Source: Catajapyx aquilonaris
Lineage: Eukaryota
Direction: 5' to 3'
NCBI GenBank assembly: GCA_000934665.2
Contig: KZ538057.1
Span: 62,001 to 126,000, forward strand
DNA: 64,000 bases
Under the pieces are notes generated by a model. It saw only the letters and a program-made list of their open reading frames with translations. It did no database searches and was not told the origin of the DNA. The position numbers and the translations under genes were made by a program. Below are positions 21,152 to 36,100 of this stretch, piece after piece. Numbering within the stretch: the stretch's first letter is position 1; the number at the start of each line of letters is the position of its first letter.

Positions 21152-24100
21152 ATGCAGGCGGAGGACAGGGGGCGGCAAAGGAGGAGGAGCTGCTACTGCT
21201 GCTGCCACCGCCAGAAGAAGAAGAAAGCACAGGGGCAGACACTGACACGCAGCAGATGGATGACATGGGCCCTCCTTGCCCTCGCTCTCCAGCTGGGGTG
21301 GATGGGAGCCGCCGCACAAGCACAGGAAGAACGCCCTGTGTTGCTGCCCGGAGTGCTCCTTCCCCTGCCCGAGTGGGGGCCCGACGGCTTTACCGACTCC
21401 CCTGCCATTTGCCCCCGGGGACTGGGACCGAAGAAGCCAAGCCCATGCACCGACGACGACGACGACGACAGTGTAAGTGTCAGTGCAAGTGTGAGTGGTG
21501 GCGAGGACCAGGAATGCAGTTTGTCCAACTTGCCCCCTCCTTCCTTCCCCTCCTCCTCCTCTCCCCGCTCCACTGCCAATGCCACGAGTCCGCAGTGCCT
21601 TCCTGTCGATGTCCCAGCTGCTGTGGTGTGCAACACCAGCCTGACGGAGAAGAAAAGAGAGGAGATGCTGAGGGCGAAGATGAACCACTGCTCCTTGCAC
21701 AGTGTGTGGGATACGCTCAACCAAACTCAGCAAAGGCAGGCTGCCAGGGACCCCACTTACTGCGGTGTGGTTGTCAACGCTCTTCGGGAGCTGGATGCCC
21801 AGGCCCACCAGTTTGCATGCAGCTTCGATGCTCTCCTTGAGCGGTTTGACTGTGCACAGGAATACTCCGTCTGCTTTGGGTGTGACCACTGCCAGGTCTG
21901 TGCACACCGTCATTGTTGGCTCATGCAACATTTATTGCTTGATTAAATGAGGTGTCCCCTTGATGTCCAATGTTGTTCATCTCATGTGGCAGATGCTTGG
22001 GCTTGAAATGATCATTCAGAATCTGGCATTATATTTGGAGCCATAATGGATGTACTGTACTATCTGTTAAACTAGTTAAAGTGACTGCCAGATTTATTCT
22101 GGCATTACGCAACCATCAGCACCTTTGTGGGTTTTTTTTAACCTCTAGATTTTAGCTTGGGCTGATGGTTGCAATGCCAAGGTATGGCTGGGAGACATTT
22201 TGGGCAGATAGTGCTGTACATTGGCATCGTAAAAGGCATATATCCTTGAATTTTGTCAAGTAACTTTGATCAGAACTTGGACCAAGAAGACCATATTCAA
22301 GGCAAGCTTCAATCATCCCGCATCAACCATTAGCTTGCTCTGGTTTAAAACAGGCTTTAACATTTAACCTATTACTAATCAAACATTAAGCATGCCCCCT
22401 GGTTTGGCTCTTTCTTTCAGTACAGGTTGTTGAACCAGAATGATCGCTAAAAATAGCTGTATTATGTAATGTAATGGCTTCTGGAATCCCATTGCCACAT
22501 GTCTCATGAACAGCTGTTGGACACCAAGAGACTATACACTAGAGGGTCTATGCTTATGTTATACTTTTCCAAGAACTCGTCTTGACTGGTGTGTTACTAT
22601 AATGAAGCACACCAGTCAGCAAGCCAGGTGGTTGTGGGAAAGCATGGGAAAAGTGAATTTTTATTAAGGGAGAAAAATATAAAGGTCAGTGCTGCCTATA
22701 TGATGATATACAGTACTGTACAGTATTCATTACGTATGAAGGTGAGGTACACTAATGTCTGGAATTTAATCATCATCAAGGAGGGTCATGATATATTATG
22801 GTGGCTGACAACATGCAATCATTTCTAAATGATGATGCAGTGTTGATTCATCTCTGCATGTGCAGTAAGATGTGTAGGAAGTAAAGTGGTTAGGGACAGG
22901 TTATTTTGAGCGACTTGAACAGTAGTAACTCTCCATTATCTGCGGTACAAACGTTTGAGAAGGTGCAGAGATATCTATTGTTGGTGACCTCAAGGATAGA
23001 ATGCCGGTCTGGGGAGGCGACCCATAAAATCCTGTGCAGGATAAGGGACCAGCCTCCCCACTGCTTTATCATATAAAATGTTAAAATTCGAAGCATCCAT
23101 AGGGGGCCCACCCTCTGTTTGAAACGACGGATTTATAGGCACAAATTACGTTGATTTCCTGCAATAACAGGCGATTAGAGTGAATATTGGCGGTTTATGA
23201 CGTATAGCCTCCCCCTAATACTCCCCCCCCCCTTCCCCCTTTTCCCCTGCATGACACCGGACAAGGCTTTTGTTATTGTAGCATGCAAATTTTCCAACCG
23301 GCCCTGGGTCCAGGCGCTTAGGGGGCGGGAGGGAGGGGGCGATTGCTTTAAAATTTGCACATCTACCCATTACCGCCTTCCCATCTTCTGATCATCTACA
23401 TATTAATGCGATTACATCAGGGGCAGACGTGTGACATGATGTCATGTGAGAACTGGACTCTGGTAATCGCTGGGCTTACGACCCCCCCCTTTTTTTTGCG
23501 AAAAAAAATTTGGGAAGTTTTTGGAACCGCAGGAGTCATGTTTCATTAAATCGGTGCTGTAGCCTAGCCAATTGGTCTCGTCAGAATGCCTGGAGCAACC
23601 AGACCATCTGTTCTAGCTGCTTTGGAAGCTCGGGGGCGTGTTGGTGATAACAATGGCAAAACCTGGGAACTTAATGGACTGCAAAGTAGGGGGAGGATGA
23701 GCACGGCCAGTTGAAGGGAAGAGTATTATATCCTAGTCTCCAGTTCAAAGATGGGAGGGTAGGGGAAGCTGTTTACTCCAGCATTCCGCTGGAATCAACT
23801 GGAGGTCCTTGATTATATCTGGGTAACATTTTCAATTCCTCCCCAGCTTGAACTGGGGACATAGCCCTCTCTATAGCCATATTTATGCACATATCACGTC
23901 TGGTACTCTACTTTTGAAAAAGCCATCGGTCGAATTTTGGTCCAACTGCTAGTTATTGCTAACTTATCAGTGATATAAGTTAGCAGTAACTAGCAGTGGG
24001 ACGAAAATATCACCCACGATTTTCGCCATGTATGTTGCAAGTATTCTATAGGATGGTCCAACAAGGAAGGAACATTGCTTCAAAATTAAGGCACATTTAG

Positions 24101-27100
24101 CTGGTTTCCAGTAACCAGTTACTTGTCGCATTTAAAAATAGCCACATTTTCACTCGTGGGCTGAAAAAAGCAATGGCCACGTCTATTGGATCTCGTAAAT
24201 ACGGGCATGGGGGACAAATCTCCGTAGTAAATCGATGTTTAGCCATCTAATGCGGTCATTGCTGAGGCCCGTGGATGTATTTTAGGAGCCAAAATTTCAG
24301 TTGGGAAAATCCACTCGTACAGGCATAGAGGGAGGTGGAACAAGGTTCGTGACTAGACTAAACATTGCGTCCACAAATTCTATACTTGTCCCACCTCCAT
24401 CTACAATCGGACGCGAAATTGTGGCTCTTAAAAACATCAGTGGCTAAAAACATCGATTTGTGTCCGGTATTTCGATGTAATTTTGACACATGCGAGATCA
24501 GCCGTCGACCATTTTTCGACCCACAAAAATGGTTGAATTGCTACATTTGTAAGCAGTTGTTGGACCACTCTGTCCAGTCATGTGTCACATGTGAGGGACA
24601 CGATTTGATGACCTTCCGGAAGACATTCAATCCACGCGACCCTGTATATATATAGAGACGTTTGTTCCGTACTGTATAACCGGCGTCGGCTTCCAAAGAG
24701 GATTTAATTTTTGTTTCCATTGAGAAGCCTTTGAGGAGCTTAGGTTCGTTGGTCTTTGGGTCTGGTTGGGGTGGTCGGAGGGCTGGGGTGGTCGGAGGAA
24801 TGGAGGGGGGCGCATATCTCTTCATTTACCGCCACCTCCCACCTCGGTCCTATCCAGTAGCTTTGGGCCACAATCTCTCCTTCTCCGAACAAGGCCTGTA
24901 GCACTTAGTGGAAGACGCCCAAGGCGCTTTGGACGGCGGCAGTGGGACGCCAAGGTTGCCACCTTTTCAAGCCCCGGGTCCAGGGATCGATCTTCGATTC
25001 CGCATTCGCCGCCTTTCCGATGCTCTGCTTATTTTCGCAGCTGGAGACTATGGAGATGGAAGGGAAAGGAGGAGACTTGGGGGAGGAGATGGGGAGGGGG
25101 GGGGAAAAGGNAAGAAGCTGCGTGTATATAGGGCCAGGGGGATGTTGGGTAAGAGAGGAAAAATGGGGCGGTGTTGCCGGATACTGGGAGGGATGTTTTG
25201 CCCCTTGCAGTTATGCGATGTGGTGGACAGGAGAGGCGGATTGGTTAGCTAGTGGTCAGGATGTAGAGTTGCTTGTAATGCGAGGAGCAAGATGCCATGA
25301 CGTAATTATTTTGTTGGCACCCTGTTGTCACAAAATGTTTCCAGTTTGGAAAGCATGCTCAAAGGGGAAAATGGTCACTGAACAAGCATGCCGATCAAGA
25401 TTGCCGATCAGTGGTGTGTTTATGCTATTTGTACTGCGGGCTTTTCTGAGAGGCACAATAATGTAGTGTGATAAATGTGAAAGGACATATCGATTTTATC
25501 CGCTACCAAAGCATGCTTACTCATTGTTACTGCGAGTGATTTTTTATTTTACTTTTACTTTAAAAAAAAAACCCGGTTGTGGAAGGTGGTTTCAGTTACG
25601 TTGATTTCTTGCAATGAAAGCAAATGTTGAGCTGGAGTAATGCATACCCAGCCAATGTATCACATGATCATGTTCCCGTACTGTAAAGGCAAGGAATTGC
25701 AGATTTCCTCCATGGCGCAATAATAGCGTGCAAACTGCAGAAATTAATGGGGTGTCAGCCAGTGGGCAAGTCAATTAATACAGATTTAATCTCCAATGTT
25801 TCTACCTAATTGGCAGTGTGGGAGTGGGTCATGAAGAAAAAAAAAGTGGGTGGCACCTAGTGCATGTCGCTTTTGTTCAGTTCATTGCCTCGTCGAAAAA
25901 GTAGAGGGCCATCGGTTTTCTTCCACTCAGCAGTGTACGTCCCTTTGTGTGAAAATTTAGTAAAGCGAGTGGGGGGGAAGGTGCTGTAGAAATTCTTTGG
26001 CAGCCGAGTGAGTTGAAGAGGCTGGGATGGGCCTGTGAGGGCTGGAGGCAGGCAGTGTTCCTACCTTCTCCGCCGATGATGGAAAATTGCCTTCCACTGC
26101 CGGTTTTGATTGAGTTAAGGCCGCCGTGGCTGGGGGAGAGAGGGAAGTCGCACGCGAAGGGAAAGGGACTCGGTTTTGCGGGATGGGGGGAGCAGCAGCC
26201 AGGAAGGAAGACGAAAGGGCGCGGACTTGCACTCCAATCTTGAGGGGGCCTGGAGGTTCCCACTGCCCGGGGCTTGTTTCAGGTAGAATGATGCCAGCCT
26301 TATGCCTCCGGGCAGGTTGCCCCCTTCACTATACGATCTAGATATAGCCTAATAGGTTCTTGTGCTCGTAATAGCTTTTTTTTGTGGCATTGGTCGAGGA
26401 TGCTGTGTAAATGAAACCAATGCGTCCTATTTTAGTAGGGGTAGCCATGTTAATGATAATGTGCAGCAGTGTTATACCAGTTTCGTCACATTCAAATTTG
26501 CATTTTGAAAATGCCAGAATGAATTGAAAAGGTATAAATTGCGAAAGTAGGTGGATTATAATTAAGATGATTTTTCCATGTACTGTAATTATAGCGTAAT
26601 TGTTGAAGCAACGTTGTTACATCTGAAAAATTTTGGTAGTGGTGCAAAATTGGGGAGAATTGAACACTTTTCGAGGAATTAATTCCTTTCTTCGTCCACA
26701 AATGGAATGACTGCAAAGTCAAAATGATTTTGCATCATATAATGTTTATCAACAGGTACTGTACATAGGTAATGCAAAAATTGTAGTACACACTGAAAAT
26801 CACATTTCTTTTTATATGACGTATATTAATGTACGATAGCAAAAGGTTCTCGGCAAATATCGACTTTAATGGGTGAAAAGCATGCATATTGTCTAGGCTG
26901 GTGTATGATAACTTATTCGTTGCATTATTTTGCATTTACTAAAGAAAAGGGATTTCGTCAGAATGCATCAAGGTGGGAATTATGCAAGTATATACCTGTA
27001 CCCGCCTGTACCACTTGGTATCCTATCCACTCTCCACTCAGAATTGTCAATAAGGGATGTTTGTGGTGGAATTGTGGCAAGTTGCAATTTTCCTGCTTGC

Positions 27101-30100
27101 TGCACTAATAACTGACCGGTGTTTTTAATTGCTATGTGAAATCTAGTGTTAATATGACTGCGGTAACTGAAACATTCTATGTAAATGAATCGGTAATCGT
27201 GTCCCTACTAGAGCAGAAGGCATTTTTTCCCAAACGAACGTCATTTCGAGACACATCATCGTGTCATTTCACTTTATAGACACCACCTGAAAGATAGATG
27301 CGGCTATAGAGTTGTCGGTAAAATGAAAGGTACTGTACGACAGGCTGGATCAGATATGTGGATTGGTGTCAGATATGTGCGGCAAAAAATATACGCTAGT
27401 GGATGAGTGCCTCTGGATTCGTTTAGATTAGTTTTTGTCAGCCATTTCCGCATGACCGTTTCCCACGAATCATGCCAAAATGTACCATTTCTTGCTTTAT
27501 CAGCTTAACCAGTTGTTGAACATATAAAGTGGCCATGTGAGCGCTTTTATGTTACCTGCAACAGCAAAGTACTCCGGGGGCTCCGGGATTTACCACGCTG
27601 ATTATTTTAGACTTACGGCTTTTAAGTATTACTGGCATTTAATAGAGCGAGAAGCACTTGTACTTTGCATGATGAGGGTTTGCTCATGGAGTGTAATTCA
27701 GCAGCAGTGAGTACGTTTATGTTTAACATTGTTATTCAACGACTCGGTTACACGGTCAGCACTTGATGCATAGGAGCTGGATAGCGAGTGGCAATTTATT
27801 ACCGGTAATTAAAGTTGGAAAAATGTCGGTACAGTGTCATTACCCAAGACCATTAGTGTATGTAATCTTGTAGGATGAGATTTTGTTAGCCATTCTACCG
27901 ATTCTTTGGCTGGAAAAAAACCTACGTTCCTGGGTCACTTTTTTTCAGTCAAAGCTGTGAAATCAGGTCAATTTGTGGCCCTGTTGGATTGTCCCGGCCA
28001 AAATTTTCCTTCCAATTGCAAGCATATAATTGCCAATAAGCAGCCATTTCCTCCATGCTTATCCACTAGCTCTAGGATAATAGAGATGCACTGTGCCAGT
28101 GCTAAGCCTTTTGTTTGGCATGTTTCCCTAGCGATCCCGTGACTCGGCTACACCCGGGGGCTGTTAGCATAGTCATGAGCCCCGGGATGACCCGGGGTCA
28201 AATCAGTGCAAAGACAGGGGTGGTCCTCTAGTTGTGTCCGGGGCCGTAGTGGCGGCGCTTGTGGCAGTGATGTTTGGCGATCAATGCCCAGCTGCGAAGG
28301 TTAGTCGGGTTGGATAGAGTGGAAAAGAGTGGGGGTGGTTTTTCCAGAGAGGTTTTTTTTTTCCCTCCTCCTCTTCCTGGAAACCAACCGTGGACAAACA
28401 CAGATGCGATGCAAACTGGCCTTGGGTCACGCTTTTGCTGTCCCCGTCCAGATGAGGAATAGGATGGCCCAGGGCACATATTTCCCCCTGGAGATCAATG
28501 GGGTTGCGGTCCACCTTTGCAGAATATTTGAGGGTATATAAGGAAAGAGAGACCTAGGCCCTGAGGATATTTATTAAATTTTTATGCACGGTCCTGGGAA
28601 GGATTTTCTGACTTTGCCAAGTGGCTTCATGGGAAGTTTGAGAACGGCCGTGGGGATGGTGGAATCAGGGATGAAACTATTGGGGATCAAAGGTCCACTG
28701 GAGAGGATGTTATTGTCGCTTCTTGGCACTTGCGCCTCATCAGCAGTCTGGCCAGAAGGTGCGGATTTTGGGGGGTATGTTACTCGGGGATTCAACTCCT
28801 TGTAAGCATAGATTAGTGTTGGAGAATTGCAGGAGGAATTATTATTAACTGGAGAAATGTGTGCGTTTAATGCGCAAAGTTTTGGAATTTGGTCCATAAC
28901 AGTTTACTATACCAAGCTATAGACTGACACAAAATAATAACATCGTAGTATACGCCTTTCCAAGGGAACGAGTCTCTTCTCCGATTTTCGCGTGGGTTGC
29001 TAGGGAGCTCGATTTCTCGCCAACGCACCAATGTTTACAAGCCACTTGGCCATTCCTAGTGGCAGCTTCTCTCAGCCTTGTTGCCAGAATTTCTTTTGTC
29101 CGACCCGGCAAGCCCTGGTGACAGCTTTCATTTTCCCTTCTCTCTTGTTATTATAATTTTGTGGGGAAATTCCTCCTGCAGGCGCGAGTGGGAGTGACGA
29201 ATTGTAGGGGTTGAGAGAAAGTAGTTTTTTCTCTGTCTCAATTTGGATGTGAGGACTGATGTTGCGAAGTTACTCGCAAAAATATCTAAATGTTTATATT
29301 CATAATGTGGCTGCACCACGAATCGATCTCCTGTATTTTGCGGAAACAACACACTGGCCCGCAGCCATATCCATGTCCTTGGTTTTATCGTGACATATGT
29401 TTTGGTTGGAACGAACCTTTTGAAAGAAAGATGTTTAAAAAAAATGGAGAATTCGGTTATCCTTGACTTACTTCTAAGGTTTCAGAAATATTAGTTGTCA
29501 GAAAAGCAGAATCAGTGCGCATCTGGCGACTGCATAAAGATGTGACCATTTGGCAACATGTACCCTAGGTACATTAGAGGTGTCAATCTGCTTCTCATTT
29601 GCTGAAGAGCCGAGATTGGGAGAGTACCAGGAAGCGACATCGATCATGTATGTGCAAGGGGAAAATGCAGGCAGCGATAATGCCGGATATGAAACTTTGG
29701 TGTGCAATGACACACCACGTGATTGGAAAAGTGGGTTGGACAGCGGGCAGCATGGTGATTGGAACTTGGCACAAATTAGCGAATTGACCGACATTAGCTA
29801 TGACAGCTTGCATTTCCATTGTGACGGAATTCATAATTTTGTAACCTGCCAGTATCACCGTCGGTCGATTAGTGCCTGGGACCATGGGGAGTTTGGGTTC
29901 CTTCGCCCACTTTGGGAAGAATATTGAGCCTGATTGGCCACCAGTTGATATCGTCTGTTGGGCGAATGACGCAGTAAAGGTGCCGTTCACACCCACGGCT
30001 CGTGAATTATTTGGTCTGCCGGAGTGATTTGCCGGGGAGAAAACCTGACAAGGTCTAATGACGGGGACCATATGGCTTCTTGTCTAATTTCTTTCTCCCA

Positions 30101-33100
30101 GGAGAGGAAAAGAGCCTACGTCGACGTCTGGAGACACTTGACAGCGGATCGAATTGATCGTTGCTTCTGCACCCGGAGAAATGTTTGGTGGTGACATTTC
30201 CTTTTTTAGCCGGCGACAAATTACGACGGTCGGTGGTCTATATAGAGCTGGTCTCAGATTTTTCGACTCGTATTTTTTGTGGATTGGTATTAGGTGACTT
30301 ACGGTAACTGCTAATTACGAGTAGTCTGATTAGAAAGTTCGATGATGCAAAATTGAAATTGAAAACATACTTCATAATTATCGACATACCACAGATTTCT
30401 CCGGAACTTTTTATTTCTGGGCGCTTGAATCGCGCGTTATTGAGTGGCTGTGAGTGCCGCATAATAATTTACAGAAGCACCGGAGGTCTCAACCCGAAAT
30501 CACCTGGTTAATTTGGCATTAGCTCTGTACATGGCACTTGATGCTGCCACACGAGCATCAGAGCCTGTTCAGAGTAGCTGATGCAGGCGGAAGCGTTACA
30601 AGAATCAATCACGCACAATAGCCTATCCACAATCACGGTTGTCAACAGGTACAGGATGTTGTTGTTGTTGTTGCACGTCACCCTCAGCTTTGTTCGTTGC
30701 TGATTGTGCAGAGACTCGCCTTTACAGGTACTCTAATACCCTCAGTGTTTGTTTCCTCTAGAATTCGTACCATTTTGTATATTTTTTTTGTAAGAGTTGT
30801 TATTCAGCAAATCTCATTTATGGCATGAAATTATATTGTCTGTCACTTGTGCACTTGGCAGTCGATCGCATTATGACAAATAATGCATATATACGCTAGG
30901 CAATAAACGCTACCGGTTCATCATTAGTTTACTGGGAAACAGTGTTTGCGAAACTCGGGCAACAAAAGGGTTTTGTATTCGGAACCGAAATCATAGCGAT
31001 GGGATTGAATCACAAAAGAATGTAATTATACATTGATTCCTGCACATTCCGAACTAATGTTTAATCAATTCTTCAAGGCTGCATTTGAACCGCTTTGCAA
31101 TTGTATATGATCTTTACATAAATTTTATAGTCCGCGTGTACAGTACAATAAAAAAAATTAATATCGCTGTCACTTTTGACACCGTGCGAAGATTTATAAC
31201 CAATGCCTTTATGTAACGTGCATATTACGCAAATAAATATGCACTTTTCAAGAGTCACAGGATACTTATGAATTTCGTCGTGCATTATGTTGAGGAGTGC
31301 GTCTTATTTTATTATGTAATAATTAAAAGGAAACTTGGCATTAACTGTTAAAAGGGGGTATAGCGCCGTACTCCATCCGAGTGGTTGCTCAAAGATATTG
31401 GAAATCCTTGTTACGAGTTCATAAGGTATACTGAATCTGAATGCACTGGGGCCTGTACAGGTTTACTGCCATGAAGGGATTTCCCCTTGCCAATCCCCAA
31501 TAAAATAGCCTACAGTATTTCGCCCCCATCCTCAGCTGTATAGCCAAATTATGCATAGTATACAGCCGGACTTCAATTGGTTAACATAAATTATATCCGC
31601 TGCCTTGAGTCAGCGTGTGGAGTACAGTGAAAAATAAAGGAACAACACGATGCGATGTGATGAAGGGAATTGGTTAAATCAAGTTTCATTATCGTTCACA
31701 GCAGTATCATACCAGTACCGACAGAACTACGCCAGGAACGTCAATATATCACCATTATGCTACAGTATACCCTTGATTCCCGCGGACCAAAAAAAAAAGT
31801 GTATTGACCTCCTTGTTAGAACACCAGCAGGAATCATGCCAGTCCTGAAGTACTTCATTACAGTACACTCTGGCTGTAGTCAACTGTAAAATTCCCATGG
31901 TAGTACATGTACGGTTTTAACATTCCAAATCTTAAGGAACGTTAGTTAATTTGCGGTCCATTTTATTGTCATTAAATGTAAATTAATGACTGGATTCTGA
32001 ATAGATCATGGAATTGATTTCTAAGTGCTAGGAATGTTCCGCATGTCTTTCATGGTTAGTGTGCTTTCCAAGCGTTCTTCTGCATACAGGCAAGAGGCGG
32101 GTTATAAGTTCAACGAGCTCACTGTAAAACCGGTGATGTCTCTGCAGTGTGTTGATTGTCAACAAACGTAACCGTAGAATGTTTCAGAGCATGCTACAAC
32201 CATGGGCACACGCACTTGACTGCAAGTTGTCCGGGTCTGACCGGGAATTGAGTGTTAAATTCAGTGGGCGTATCAGCGGCTGGATGTCAGGTCGAAGGGC
32301 GGGTCGCATTCTGACGGTGTTAATTATCTCTGGTGCTGCCTGGGCAAAAAGGTCAAGGATAACGATCTCTGATGGGGGGTCCGTTCCCGTATAATACCCG
32401 GAGGTGGTCCCTCCGGACAAAAGGTGGGTATAATGTCGGGAGCCTTTCATCTCGGACCTCTCTTGCCGCCGCCTATTGGGGAGCCTCCATTTCCGACCCG
32501 GCCCGCAAATGAGAGCCGTTTCCGTTTGCGTAAATCTTGTCAACAAACTCGTACGGAAACTAATAGATTTATGGAGTGAATTAAGTCCAACGGCGAGCCC
32601 ATTTGCCGCAATCATTTTCCTGGCACTACCAGGTCCAAGTGACGTCACACTACAGATCCCCCTCCCCTCGAGGGGGTTTTTAGTTGCTAGGCAAAGTGGG
32701 GGAAAGGGGGGTGTTGTAACAAGCGTCTTTGGAGTTGCAAACTTAGAATTAGTAATATCAACACCTACATTTTGGGAGGTGAAGGGGGATTATAATTTTA
32801 GAGTGCCCACATGTTGCGCCAGAAGGATGGCTAATTATTTGGCAGTGCCTGTTGGTAACGCTGCTATGGTGGGTGTGACTGAGGGGAATGGGAGTTGGTG
32901 TTGCATACTCACAATGCAATTTGGTACTGCACCCTTACCGTATATAGCCTGCCTTATTTCTCATAGGACAGACACCCTGCTCATATTTTAACGGTATGCA
33001 ACATTTCCAGAAATGAAGTCTGTGGCTCTTTTCATATGCATGTCAACAAGTAGGCATAATTTATTTCTTGGCGAATTACTCGTGGACAAAATGTATAGGG

Positions 33101-36100
33101 ATGGTATGTAATATAAGGGTCACTTTCGTGGGTTGGAACATTGTCTCCTGGAGTGTAAAATTCTCGCACCACATTGGACGGTATTTGTGCGGAATTTTGC
33201 TGGCACGCAATGTGGTAACTGCCACAACAACGTATTTTGAACGAGTCAGAAGATACATAGGCTCCAAAAGCCGGCATATAGGAAAACCAGAGAAGATTTA
33301 ACGTAATTTCTTAAAAACATTTTGGGGTGGTTTACAAAACTCAGCGACATAAGGCTTACTTTTTTTCCCACCGAACAATTTAGTTGTGGATTAGCGTGAT
33401 GTGCAGTGACGATTCAAGTTAAGTACAGTCTTCCCAAATATTCGGTTTTCTAACAAAGACAAAAGTGTGCGAATAGATTATTAAAACATAACTATAACCC
33501 CTATTGTCATTTGCTTTTTCTTACAATATCTATAATTGAAATTATAATATCGTTGCAGCAATGCCTGCTGCGTTATAAGCTTTTGATACACTTGGTCGAC
33601 CTACAACTGCTGGGCTTGCTCGATATGCCGCAGTGTATGAGTAAAGGTCAGCCTTGGTTCCGGAAGCAGACGTAATATTCTCCAGTTGGGGAATTCTTGC
33701 CATTAAGTTAATGGGGAACTGATGGAAGGGTTTCTGGGAAGATTTTGGCGGAGTTCCTTCATTATACTGTAATTATTGCGGGAAAATTGTTCGCGGCCCC
33801 CTTAGGAAATAATTAAGAGATCTTTTGTTTGTGGATGGCAAACTGCGATCCTCAACAGCTCGAGAGAAACAGTGTCATTGTATAATAGCCGGGAATCCCA
33901 ATCGATTTGGAGAGACCGCTTCAGTTTTGTTAAAAAATAAAAAAAAGCGCGTACTCCCAAATGACCGTAGTAGTATTAATAGGTTACATTGAGCGTGGGA
34001 TTGTACCCTTTAATTCAAACGCCAGGTATATAGCCCCCCACCCCTTTCCGCATAACTTTCATCTCCAATTCCCGCTCCCTCCTGCCTCCCCAACCCACCC
34101 CCAACGTACCTCCCACTCGAATTTATCATGGCAGGATGGGCCAAAAATCTAATTTCGGATGGGCAAGCCCCATTAGTTTGTCAGTTAGGGTTCTAGTTGC
34201 ACGTGTTTGTGCTGACATTTTAAAAACTATTTCTTCGCCAGAGGTTGCTAGATTATCGCTAATATTATATAGGTTGGTACAGCGTGCCCCTACCCCCTTC
34301 CACATTTGGTCCCGCGCCATTTATTGTGGGAAAGAATCTCATTGTAGGCAACCGACACCGGTGTTCACCGGGTGGGTAACCATCAGGGGTAACGCTTGGT
34401 GAACATTCTTCGTACATGAAAATGGTTTTGAAGCATTTTTGATACCAATATGGGAGTGTACTTCATCAGCAGGTGACGATTGGAAACCGCACACAAGTCA
34501 TGGGTGAATGAGGCGTGAAGGTGTGCGGGGTGGACAGGGGGCTGATATCCACCTGCCTCATCATTATGCAAACGCAGTTTATTGAGTGTCAGCTTGGTTT
34601 ATGTCGCGTTATGGATCAAATTGTGTTACGCTTACATACAGAGGGTCAGGTATTGAAATAGCCGGCCGCAACTGCCACCGCCGTTCCCACATCTGCATCT
34701 CTTTCCAATTTGAACCGTTTGATGAAAAAAAAAAAAAAATGGAGGGCGAGAACGTTGATACGCCGGTGTGTAGAGAGCAATCAAGTTTGCGGACGCTGTG
34801 GATGAGCAGGGTAGGCCGGCGCATTGGTCAAAGCGGGGGTGATGAAAGGGATGGTGGGGCGGTTTGGTGGGGGGGTTGGAGGGGGAGAGGATATTACGGG
34901 GAGAAATGGATATAGTACAGAGGGCGATTCAATTAAGCTGGTCGAACCGATATGCGTTACCAGCTATGATTGTCACACTGTTGGTAAACCCGTTGTTGAT
35001 TGCCAGGGAGTGTAAAAGTCGGGCGGTGGATGGGAAATTTAAAGTGGGATGCGATTTAATAATTGGGGTGTAGGCAGGTTGTACATTTTTGATCAGGTTC
35101 GATTGTTCGATGCAGTTGTCACATTACCAAAAAATTGATAGTGGAAATCCACCTCAGAAATCAACAACTTGACCCAGCCTATAGAGTGTACCATAATTCA
35201 CCTTACTAAGTGGAGCAGTTTTATAATGCTTGCCCCCCTTTATATTACCGCATCATTAGAAGGTTTCATAAATAAAAGAGCCATCGTCGCCGCAACAATG
35301 CGAGCCTGGCCATTATTCGTTTATTATTTGACACAGTTGAAAGTGTCTACCTGGGTTATGCAAATTTCTGGGCACGTTTGCATGGGCGGCTTGGAAACAA
35401 TGCAGGGCTCTAATCCCGATTTTCGCATTTAAATCCTTTTGGAAGTCATAAGCAGGCGGGAAGCCAGGGAGAATCATTCTATCCATTTGCGGCCTCCACC
35501 AAGGAACAATAGGCTGGTTTGGAACGACGAAAAGATCTGGGGTGGTGCCACTTGTAAGGCTGAGGGATGGAAGCAGAAGCCCTGGGCCTCGACGAAGAAG
35601 TGGTGGAAAAGAGAGGAAACGAAAACGGGAAGCAGCAGCCAACTTCCGCATACTGCAAAAGAGCCGGAAGTGAACAAGCGCTTGAGTGCGGGGGGAAAAT
35701 AACACTATAGGTACGACCTCATGCGGCTTTTTCTTTTTCAACGTATAGCTAAAGGCTTTGGGAAGCCTAAATAGGCTTATTGTCTCCACCGGATGTTTGT
35801 CCGACCTGATAGTACCGCTAACTCTCGTAGGAGGTGGCAGGAGTGTGCAGAGGGAGAGCGCGCCATCTATGCATGCAGATTACAACTACGTAGTAAATCT
35901 GCGGGCCATCTCATTAAAGTTGTTTGATTGTCACTATCATACTCATACAATATTGCTGTCGGCGATGGGAGGGCTATATACTGTATAGCCCTCCCATCGC
36001 CGACAGCAATATTGTATATATAGACAAGTTAGCACAATTTGAGGTGCGAAGACGGGATTAGTGACAGGAGTAAAAAATTCAGGAAGCTGTTTAGTCCTAA

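Noticed and set aside
20174..21931. Many long overlapping ORFs on both strands, including a 321-aa antisense ORF
   Set aside because: They are shadows of the GC-rich NALF exon 1 and show no family motifs.
28690..28750. Hammerhead-like CTGATGA-GGCGC-AA-GTGCC on the minus strand
   Set aside because: The required GAAA after stem II is absent (AAGAA) and there is no convincing stem III.
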